Shown here in pieces: positions 14,001 through 26,000 of a stretch of 47,046 nucleotides of DNA. Source of the DNA: Nemertoderma westbladi (Eukaryota > Animalia > Xenacoelomorpha); assembly GCA_032718475.1 (NCBI GenBank), contig JAUCBJ010006903.1, positions 1 to 47,046 on the forward strand. Reading direction: 5' to 3'. Position 1 is the stretch's first letter, and each line of letters begins with the position of its first letter. The notes below the pieces were generated by a model that was not told the DNA's origin, made no database searches, and was given only the letters and a program-made list of their open reading frames with translations. The position numbers were made by a program, and so were the translations under genes.

Positions 14001-17000
14001 AGTTAACACGCATCCCTTATTGTTAACTCTCCATCCCCTGTAGTTAACACACATCCCTTGTTGTTAACTCTCCATCCCCTGTAGTTAACACACATCCCTT
14101 GTTGTTAACTCTCCATCCCCTGTAGTTAACACACATCCCTTGTTGTTAAATCCCCATACATTGTTGCCGTTATGAGCTCCTACAAAAGTTTATTATTTAG
14201 ACTTTATTACGAATCGAATTAAACGCGCGCAGTACAATAAACTCATCAAATATTAGTTCTACTAACACAACCGGATGTGCGACCTAGATTTAATAAACCG
14301 AAGAAGGCTTACAGAAGCAAAGAACCACATCGCTGTTTGTTATTTATAGTATTTTTAGTGTTTCCAAATAATAATGTTAGTGGATTAGAATTCCCATTAT
14401 ACTCTTGTAATTATTCAACAGGATGTAGGGACACGGGTTTCGGAAACAACGAACCTTCATAATACGAATCGTAGAGAAATCCAGTAATTTTTCATATTAT
14501 TCATACTGTTAATGTTATATGCCTGTGGGTGTGTACAGTAGGAGGGGCGGCGGATAAATAAATGTTGATTATAATAAATGGTGAATTTTGCTAATTGTAA
14601 TTAGTTTAAAATTTGAAAAACCCATTTCGTTACAGATATTGTTGTGGGAGGAAGGTCTATCTGTATAAAACACAATGCACAACTTTGCTACATGAACTTG
14701 CTTAACTGGACAGATATCCTCCGCACTACTGAAGATTCTACGAGAATAGATATCGTTAATAACGGAGATAAAAACGACAAATGTTGGTTTTTTTTATAAC
14801 TTTACTATGCGAACTAGCTCACTCCCAATAATTAGTGAACAGAACCTCGTATATCGAGGCTTGTAATCTGCCACAACTATATATAAAATATATTTAAGAG
14901 AGGTAACATCCATCTGCTTATAATTTAAATTTATATAAACGGGATATTTTTGGGATTGCTTGATAAAGTAATCCGTTAGGATTGTGAAATATTGCAATAA
15001 TTTAAATAAATTTAAATTATAAAATATATAAATTGTGTTTCCCGATGTCGTTGTAATTATACTGTAGCCCGTCTTTGTTATTCTAGGTATTTTCATCAAT
15101 TCGATCTCTGTATAACTCTAAAAGTCTACGACATTTTGTTTGCATTACACCTAATGCAAATTCAGACCCGTTTAATTTACTAATGTCCCTTAGTGTCCGT
15201 TTAATGTCCCTGAGTATTAAAGTTAATAGAAAGTCATATTCTTTTGGATGATAAAGCCAAACCAAACCTATATAAAAATCTAGAAATCCCTATACACCTC
15301 AAGCGGAAGTATTCCGAACTGCTGCAGTGACAATTATATTCTATGGAAGAGGCAGTTAGGCCAATGACACAACGATATAATAGATTCATGGTATACAGAT
15401 ATGATTCACAGATATAATAGATAATAGACTCCATGTGTTCGATCACCGGATGGGACGGGTAGTTTTCATTTCGACAATAATGTTTCAAAGGGAATAATAA
15501 CCAGGGCTTTTCTATTTACTTTTACTTCCACATCTACCCCGGCCCCTGAAGAACACAGTTCCAGAGACTGTTATTGGGTTATTAAATTAATTTAGGTAAA
15601 TCTGTCCATTGCGATGGCCAATGCTCCTCGGGTTATTGCTCCGGTCCCGATGTCGGCGATTGCCAAACATTGACTTATGTCGGTTGCCCCGCGTGCAATA
15701 ATCGTTGCTACGAAACAGAAACTAATCAGAAGAAATGTTGTTTCTCTGAATGCGCGGGCGGTTGCTTTAATAGCAGCGCGGATGGTTGCTATGTAAGTAT
15801 AATGGTTGCTATGTGTGTACAATCAATGGTTGCATGTAAGTATGATGTATTAAATTAAAATTTTATTAATATTAAATTTTGATAAATTACAATAACCATT
15901 CTTCCCGCCCGTATTAGGGGGAAAACACCCGTTGCTGAAACCATAAATCATAACTTTGTTAATATAAAATAACTATAGAAGACCCCATAAAATTTTTATT
16001 TTCAAAAATCCTTAAATTATTAAACTCTAAGGTGAATGAAATACCAAAACGATACTGGAACAACATTATTAATAATAAAATAAGCCCGTTACTATGGTAA
16101 CAATAATAATAATAACTTCGCTTGTGATCATGAATGTTCAGTATGTAACATACTGTATTATGCATCCGATAAGTACATATAAAATATTTCTGACGGTTAT
16201 TATACATACTACAAAATGTTTCCGGTTGCTATTGTTACCAGAAAATACATCGGCCTACAACTGTATCGAGAAATAATTGTCTTGGGTTATGAACATGTAA
16301 GGCAATTGAACCTAAATGGAATTCATTTTAAACTGATCTAAACGCTCTAACTACTGTATATTTAAAGTGATAAAACAGTACAGAAGGTCATTTTTTACTG
16401 TTTTCATGGATACAAGGAAACTGACAATATATTTTTATGGCGCCACCATTAAAAATATATAGGGCAATGTTTTTGGAAAGTTTCATCAATAATGAATAAT
16501 TTCAGGAGCACGTATATGGCATTGGTTTAGAAAAATATTAATATTTGCAAAAATGATTTTAAACAGTTACCACTACTGTACCTTAGCAACGGTCTGATGC
16601 CGGTTTAGGAAGGGCAGGTCAAGGTTCGATTTATGTAGGGTCAATAGAAAGTAGTGTTATGAACTGTCGCAATGGTGAAACGGGACCCTTAAAATTCCCA
16701 ATTGAGCTTAACATCCGACGGATTCGGAATCAGCACAGTAGATTTAGCTTAAAACCGTCGAATGGCCGGCCATTACCCAAATTAGCTTTCGCCTTCACTT
16801 TCTAGGCGTTTTTCAGGATTTGGTTAACCAGACCGATAATGTCTTTGTAACTGTAAATTTAATTTGCCAATTAATATTATAATTTTAGAGCTGCGTGCAT
16901 TTCTCGAAGAACGGAACTTGTGTAGAATCTTGTGGGGAGTCAACCTACGCCATGGGTTTCCAATGCGTGGAACAGTGCGAACCAAGATATGTCATTCAAA

Positions 17001-20000
17001 ATACAGCCAGCGAATCGTTTTGTACCAAAAGGTAGGCAAAACTGAAAGTAAATTTTAAATGATTAATACAGTTTGTAATTTGTACAGTAACCTGCCTGCT
17101 TTACCGTAGGCCTAAAGTGTACTACTACCTTATCTGACTTTGGGTGTATTTGAATTGTTGGTTTGGTTAGAGTTAGTTTGCCAATCTTCAACCCTAATTA
17201 ATATTATCATGTAACACTAAACCTAAGTCATAATCTAAGACATTTAGAGGAATTTCGGCTATTATTGCCATGTGAGATATATAGATATAGAGAGATGGGA
17301 TATGCAACTTAAGACTGCCTGTTCAATAGAAGTGGATTAGGTGGGATAGTGAATGTCAGGGACAAGTGGCTGAACTGGTTAGCGCTACTGATGAGGCCTG
17401 ATAGGCTGAAACGTACGTATAGCGCTGGTTCAACCCCCGGTGACGCGCTTTCTCATTTTTTAAATTTCTGAACAAAACCATAATATTACATTATGCCATA
17501 GGCTCGAGGGACCGTTAATGGCAATAACTGGCATTCTGTTTACGTATCCTGAAGGGCTGTTTTCTACTGGTTTCTATTAATTAATAATAGCTTGTTTATT
17601 ATAGCATATTTTCCATGTTTTCTGCACAGGTAATTGTTCATAATATTATTTATAGATTTTTACTAAATAGTAAAATAATATTGTGATAGTGTGTTAGTAA
17701 TAGTATATTCTAGGTTTATACTTTAAAAACTATATGGAAACATGTCGTGGCTAATTATGAAAAATATTTGTTTTTTAATGGATTACATGCTCTATTCTAT
17801 GCTCATATTAGGCCTACACTGAAAAAAGTAAGTGGTGGTATATTTTGTTTAAAAAATGCCGGTTTGCAAGAACTACCTGGGGTTGTTTTGCAACGAAAAC
17901 CACCGCAGGTTGTTTTTACAAACCGGCGGTAAATAAACGTTGCCAATAAGAACTGGCAGTTGTGCAAACCGGGGGTTGATTATCTCTCGTAAAACCGGCG
18001 GTTCCATAACCCCCAGTTTAGAGCCTAAAAATGCGTTGTAATTTTTTATCGCAAGGAACTGCCGGTTTCTGTAACCTCAGGTTCTGGTTTAACGCAAATC
18101 CCGGTCGAATATTTAATCGGCATTTATTAACCTATGATTTACTGCTGGTAACTGGCGTTTCAACTATTTAAAACTGCCGGTTTTCTCAAAAAACCACAGG
18201 TAAAACGGCAACCAAATAAACCAGTTTTTACGAAACGGCCGTTTAATTAACAGTCAACTAGCGGTTTTATTTGAGAAAACTGGTGGTAATTTTAATAAAC
18301 TGAAGCTTTAATTTATTTATAACCTATGGTTATAAAAGAAAAACCCACGGTTAAAACGTACTAACCTGTGGTTATAAAGAGCAAAAAAAACTTATAAACC
18401 TGTGGTTATTTGAAAAATATGTTTGGTTAGGAGCACAGGACATTCAGGGCACATGAAGCTCAATGTTCGCTGCACTCACATAATTACATACCACATGATT
18501 TGCCTCTGAAATGTGTGTGTAGGAGCGGCATGAAAATATCATGTCGCTCTCCACACACATTTAAGTAGGCTACTGTAAGTTGTGTAGTGAGGGGGTGTGT
18601 GTAGAGCTGCATGAAAATATCTTGTCGCGCTCTCCACACACATTAAAGTCGTCAACTGGTAACGGATCTGCCGCAACTATGGCAGTATTTCGATCCTTCA
18701 ACCAATCTTTGACCGCAATGTGTACAAAAACTCATTATTACAAACACTGTTAGGCCTACAGGCTCTATAGAGTTAGCGAAACTATTGAAATAGGAAATAC
18801 CTAGACTACTTACAGACTTACTGCAGTACCGGTACTAATTACTATTATTAGTATCAGTAGGCCTATTGAGAGTTCTGTCCTTTACTGTACCGGTACTGGT
18901 ATGACATTGCAATACTTTCACTTTGTGTGTGGAGAGCGACATGATATTTTCATGCCGCTCTACGCACACATTTCAGAGGCAAATTATGTGGTATGTATGT
19001 GAGTGCAGCACTGGCACTTGTGGGCCACCGTACTACACCCTACCCTACGCTTGCGGCCTATGGCCAATGCATACAATACTCTACATACACATTGGATGCA
19101 CATGGCTAATTATATAGGAAAATATTTAATTCATTTAGATTTATGGATATCCTAATTAATTTTAGTTGATGATCAACAAATAGTGTTTTGATTATTAATT
19201 TTAATATCATTTGTCTTCTTTTCAGCCATATTAGATAATTCATTTCAATTAATATATATAAATTAATTAATTTTAAACTCGTTTAATTAATAATTTAAAA
19301 TTATGTTTTGATTATATATATATACTTTTTATATTTACATATACAAACTGGCAATTATTAGTTTGTAAATCTGAGTGTGGTTCTGTGATAAACTGGCAGT
19401 TATTATTGTAAATCTGCGGTTCTATATCAGTGGTTCTGTGATATACTGGCAGTTATTATTGTAAATCTGTGGTTCTGTGATAAACTGGCGGTTATTATTG
19501 TAAATCTGTGCTTCTGTGATAAACTGGTGGCAGTCATTATTGTAAATCTGTGATTATGTGATAAACTGGTGGCAGTCATTATTGTAAATCTGCGGTTCTG
19601 TGATAAACTGGCAGTCATTATTGTAAATCTGTGATTATATGATAAACTGGCAGTCATTATTGTAAATCTGTGATTATGTGATAACCTGGCAGTCATTATT
19701 GTAAATCTGTGGTTCTGTGATAAACTGGCAGTTATTATTGTAAATCTGTGGTTCTGTGATAAACTGGCAGTCATTATTGTAAATCTGTGTTTCTGTTATA
19801 ACCTGGCAGTCAGTATTGTAAATCTGTGATTATGTGATAAACTGGCAGTCATTATTGTAAATCTGTGATTATGTGATAAACTGGCAGTTATTATTGTAAA
19901 TCGCTGCGGTTCTGTGATAAACTTGCAGTCATTATTGTAAATCAGTGATTCTGTGAGAAACTGGCGGTTATTATTGTAAATCTGTGGTTCTGTGATAAAC

Positions 20001-23000
20001 TGGCAGTTATTATTGTAAATCTGTGGTTCTGTGATAAACTGGCAGTCATTATTGTAAATCTGTGATTATGTGATAAACTGGCAGTTATTATTGTAAATCG
20101 CTGCGGTTCTGTGATAAACTTGCAGTCATTATTGTAAATCTGTGATTATGTGATAACCTGGCAGTCATTATTGTAAATCTGTGGTTCTGTGATAAACTGG
20201 CAGTTATTATTGTAAATCTGTGGTTCTGTGATAAACTGGCAGTCATTATTGTAAATCTGTGTTTCTGTTATAACCTGGCAGTCAGTATTGTAAATCTGTG
20301 ATTATGTGATAAACTGGCAGTCATTATTGTAAATCTGTGATTATGTGATAAACTGGCAGTTATTATTGTAAATCGCTGCGGTTCTGTGATAAACTTGCAG
20401 TCATTATTGTAAATCAGTGATTCTGTGAGAAACTGGCGGTTATTATTGTAAATCTGTGCTTCTGTGATAAACTGGCAGTCATTATTGTAAATCTGTGATT
20501 ATGTGATAAACTGGTGGCAGTCATTATTGTAAATCTGTGATTATGTGATAAACTGGTGGCAGTCATTATTGTAAATCTGTCGTTCTGTGATAAACTGGCA
20601 GTCATTATTGTAAATCTGTGATTATGTGATAAACTGGCAGTCATTATTGTAAATCTGTGTTTCTGTGATAAACTGGCAGTCATTATTGTAAATCTGTGAT
20701 TATGTGATAAACTGGCAGTCATTATTGTAAATCTGTGCTTCTGTGATAAACTGGCAGTCATTATTGTAAATCTGTGATTATGTGATAAACTGGTGGCAGT
20801 CATTATTGTAAATCTGTGATTATGGGATAAACTGGTGGCAGTCATTATTGTAAATCTGCGGTTCTGTGATAAACTGGCAGTCATTATTGTAAATCTGTGA
20901 TTATGTGATAAACTGGCAGTCATTATTGTAAATCTGTGATTATGTGATAACCTGGCAGTCATTATTGTAAATCTGTGATTATGTGATAAACTGGCAGTCA
21001 TTATTGTAAATCTGCGGTTCTGTGATAAACTGGCAGTCATTATTGTAAATCTGTGATTATGTGATAAACTGGCAGTCATTATTGTAAATCTGTGATAATG
21101 TGATAAACTGGCAGTCATTATTGTAAATCTGTGATTATGTGATAAACTGGCAGTCATTATTGTAAATCTGCGGTTCTGTGATAAACTGGCAGTCATTATT
21201 GTAAATCTGTGATTATGTGATAACTGATAAACTGGCAGTCATTATTGTAAATCTGTGATTATGTGATAAACTGGCAGTCATTATTGTAAATCTGTGATTA
21301 TGTGATAAACTGGCAGTCATTATTGTAAATCTGCGGTTCTGTGATAAACTGGCAGTAATTATTGTAAATCTGTGATTATGTGATAAACTGGCAGTCATTA
21401 TTGTAAATCTGTGATTATGTGATAACCTGGCAGTCATTATTGTAAATCTGTGATTATGTGATAAACTGGCAGTCATTATTGTAAATCTGTGATTATGTGA
21501 TAAACTGGCAGTCATTATTGTAAATCTGTGTTTCTGTGATAAACTGGCAGTCATTATTGTAAATCTGTGATTATGTGATAACCTGGCAGTCATTATTGTA
21601 AATCTGTGATTATGTGATAAACTGGCAGTCATTATTGTAAATCTGTGCTTCTGTGATAAACTGGCAGGCATTATTGTAAATCTGTGATTATGTGATCAAC
21701 TGGTGGCAGTCATTATTGTAAATCTGTGATTATGTGATAAACTGGTGGCAGTCATTATTGTAAATCTGCGGTTCTGTGATAAACTGGCAGTCATTATTGT
21801 AAATCTGTGATTATGTGATAAACTGGCAGTCATTATTGTAAATCTGTGATTATGTGATAACCTGGCAGTCATTATTGTAAATCTGTGATTATGTGATAAA
21901 CTGGCAGTCATTATTGTAAATCTGTGATTCTGTGATAAACTGGCAGTCATTATTGTAAATCTGTGGTTGTGTGATAAACTGGCAGTCATTATTGTAAATC
22001 TGTGATTATGTGATAAACTGGCAGTCATTATTGTAAATCTGCGGTTCTGTGATAAACTGGCAGTCATTATTGTAAATCTGTGATTATGTGATAACTGATA
22101 AACTGGCAGTCATTATTGTAAATCTGTGGTTCTGTGATAAACTGGCAGTTATTATTGTAAATCTGTGGTTGTGTGATAAACTGGCAGTCATTATTGTAAA
22201 TCTGTGATTATGTGATAAACTGGCAGTCATTATTGTAAATCTGCGGTTCTGTGATAAACTGGCAGTCATTATTGTAAATCTGTGATTATGTGATAACTGA
22301 TAAACTGGCAGTCATTATTGTAAATCTGTGATTATGTGATAAACTGGCAGTCATTATTGTAAATCTGCGGTTCTGTGATAAACTGGCAGTAATTATTGTA
22401 AATCTGTGATTATGTGATAAACTGGCAGTCATTATTGTAAATCTGTGGTTTTGTGATAAACTGGCAGTCATTATTGTAAATCTGTGATTATGTGATAAAC
22501 TGGCAGTCATTATTGTAAATCTGTGATTATGTGATAACTGATAAACTGGCAGTCATTATTGTAAATCTGTGATTATGTGATAAACTGGCAGTCATTATTG
22601 TAAATCTGCGGTTCTGTGATAAACTGGCAATCATTATTGTAAGTCTGTGATTATGTGATAAACTGGCTGTCATTATTGTAAATCTGCGGTTCTGTGATAA
22701 ACTGGCAGTAATTATTGTAAATCTGTGATTATGTGATAAACTGGCAGTCATTATTGTAAATCTGTGGTTTTGTGATAAACTGGCAGTCATTATTGTAAAT
22801 CTGTGATTATGTGATAAACTGGCAGTCATTATTGTAAATCTGTGATTATGTGATAAACTGGCAGTCATTATTGTAAATCTGCGGTTCTGTGATAAACTGG
22901 CAGTAATTATTGTAAATCTGTGATTATGTGATAAACTGGCAGTCATTATTGTAAATCTGTGGTTTTGTGATAAACTGGCAGTCATTATTGTAAATCTGTG

Positions 23001-26000
23001 ATTATGTGATAAACTGGCAGTCATTATTGTAAATCTGTGATTATGTGATAACTGATAAACTGGCAGTCATTATTGTAAATCTGTGATTATGTGATAAACT
23101 GGCAGTCATTATTGTAAATCTGCGGTTCTGTGATAAACTGGCAATCATTATTGTAAGTCTGTGATTATGTGATAAACTGGCAGTTATTATTGTAAATCTG
23201 TGGTTCTGTGATAGACTGCTGGCAGTTATTATTGTAAATCTGTGATTATGTGATAAACTGGCAGTCATTATTGTAAATCTGTGATTATGTGATCAACTGG
23301 CAGTCATTATTGTAAATCTGTGGTTCTGTGATAAACTGGCAGTTATTATTGTAAACCTGTGGTTCTGTGATAAACTGGCAGTTAGTATTGTAAATCTGCG
23401 GTTCTATGATAAACTGGCAGTCATTATTGTAAATCTGTGATTATGTGATAAACTGGCAGTTATTATTGTAAATATGCGGTTCTGTGATAAACTGGCAGTT
23501 ATTATTGTAAATATGCGGTTCTGTGATAAACTGGCAGTCATTATTGTAAATCTGTGATTCTGTGATAAACTGGCAGTCATTATTGTAAATCTGCGGTTCT
23601 ATGATAAACTGGCAGTTATTATTGTAAATCTGCGGTTCTGTGATAAACTGGCAGTCATTATTGTAAATCTGTGGTTCTGTGATATACTGGCAGTTATTAT
23701 TGTAAATCTGCGGTTCTATGATAAACTGGCAGTTATTATTGTAAATCTGCGGTTCTGTGATAAACTGGCAGTTATTATTGTAAATATGTGGTTCTGTGAT
23801 AAACTGGCAGTTATTATTGTAAATTAGTTGTATCATATCTGTAATACAGTAATAACATTACCAGTTGAATTATACAACTTAGGGTACTTTGTATGTATTG
23901 TAAAAACCGGCAATTGTGAAAATACAACCGCCATTTTTACATTTCATAGAAACCGTCGGTTTGAAAACTACATCTACTACATCACTACTTCATTAACAAG
24001 AACCAACAGTTTGAATATAAGACCACCGTTATTACATTTCATAAAAACCGCCGGTTTGCAAAATCAATAAGAACCGCCAGTTTGAAAATTTAATAACCAC
24101 TTTTTTAATACAATCGTCACTTTCTATGCAAAATTCCGCAATGACTACAGGTTTCGTTTCAGGTAATATAACCAATATATCTTAAACCGCCGGTTTAATA
24201 TCGTAACCGGAGGTTACTACCAGCCATTTTTGTATGATCCATACTAACCCCCGGTTTATCAATCACTACCGCAAGTACCTATCCATAACCAATGGTTAAA
24301 ACATCGACCGGCACTTACTTTTTTCAGTGTATATAGTATATATTAATCCTCTATAAAACTTATCATAAATATATACCATAGACTTTTTATATATTTTAGC
24401 TGTCCAAAAGGCTACACAACTTACTCCGGCAGTAGAATATGTGTTCCTTGTGAGGGAGTCTGCCCAAATACTTCTTGTACTGTTAACTTTACGACTCTCC
24501 AAGGCTCCCACGGACTCAACCGCAACAACATAAAGAATTTCGAAGGCTGTAAATCGATCAAAGGAGCCCTGGTGCTCAACTGGATATCCTCATTTTCAGG
24601 TATCGCCAGGGAAGTGTTATTATGGTGTAAAGTAACTATGGTGTAAAGTAAACTTGGTGTTGCAACATTACGTAGATATGGTGTAACGGTGGTGTCAATA
24701 CGGTGTAAATATATGTAACCGTGGTGAATTTGTGGTGTAACTAGAATAACTGCCTATTTACCAATAGGAAGGGTTAACATACTGAACGGCCCTGGGACTC
24801 GAACTCTCCACCTTCGGATTGGAAGACAGGCGATCTAATAACTAATATTATCAGAAGTTGGTATACAACCAATATTGAAACAAAATATTGTGTTAAGTCT
24901 ACAAGTCTATTTCTACTATTATTCTAACTATTTTTTATTTTACAAATTGAAGATAATGCGACGATGTTCACATCAATAGACCAACTTTATTCGTTAAATG
25001 ATATTGAGACAGTTTCCGACAATGTGTACTTTATCGCCCTCGATGAGAAGAAACGAATCCGCAATGATATAAATGTACTTAATGAAATAACAAGTTTTGA
25101 TAAAATTCTTGGAAATCTCAAGACAATAAAGGGACAGCACAATAACGTAAGTAATGAAGATATTAATAATTATGGAGATAACAATAGGTATATTATAGAG
25201 TTTTTTCTATCCCATAAATTCGTCATTGTGTTGGGAGATTATTCAACTCTCTAAACTCTCTACTCTCTCGGTTAACTTTTATTGTTTAAAGAAAATTAAT
25301 TAATTAATAGTTATATAAGTTCGGAGGGAGCGGTCTTTAATTTTATTTAGTTTTAACAATTCAACATATTCTATTAATATGCATTTACATTATATAATTT
25401 AATAAAGTTATAGTCACTGGGTATTTTATCTTTAATTGTATTCGATTCTAGCCGAGTCAAGAGACGTTCGCTATTCTGGGTTTCCCGAAACTAAAGTCCC
25501 TAGGTATGACGTCACTGACACGAATCGAGGGTCCTGGTATTCGAATAATGAACAATTCGAAATTGTGTTACTTGTCGGAAGATCTGTTTGATAGCATGTT
25601 ACCTAGTAACGTAACAAAGGTGCGTATTTACAATGATCAACCCGTTACACCTATAACAATACTATTAAACCATAGCAATAGTTTATTGTCCATAGCAAAG
25701 TCTTTCTGTACTAACGAGATCTAACCCGTAGCAACTCCTTTTTTACTGTACTAACCCATAGCAACTGCATTTTTACTGTACTAACCCATAGCAACTCCTT
25801 TTTTACTGTACTAACCCATAGCAACTCCTTTTTTACTGTACTAACCCATAGCAACTTCTTTTTTACTGTACTAACCCATAGCAACTGCATTTTTACTGTA
25901 CTAACCCATAGCAACTCCTTTTTTACTGTACTAACCCATAGCAACTGCATTTTTACTGTACTAACCCATAGCAACTCCTTTTTTACTGTACTAACCCATA

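Larger units (their letters stand above)
6215..14150. repeat. 41-bp minisatellite (ctctccatcccctgtagttaacacacatcccttattgttaa); about 4 units at 6215-6374 and about 120 units at 9167-14150, split by a transposon
   Basis: Directly visible tandem array. The unit is a dimer of two related 20-21 bp halves, each with catccc..gttaac. Confidence 0.97.
17817..24329. mobile_element. Non-autonomous CACTA/EnSpm (CMC)-like DNA transposon
   Basis: Perfect 18-bp TIR CACTGAAAAAAGTAAGTG ... CACTTACTTTTTTCAGTG with TA on both sides. Many subterminal aaaccgccggtt-like motifs at both ends. No transposase ORF. Confidence 0.85.

Noticed and set aside
9167-14150. CRISPR-like regular array
   Set aside because: No unique spacers and no cas genes; eukaryotic context.
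19427-23836. Repetitive minus-strand ORFs (MTASLSHNHRFTI)n
   Set aside because: By-product of a 39-bp unit (a multiple of 3); broken by indels and located inside a non-coding transposon.
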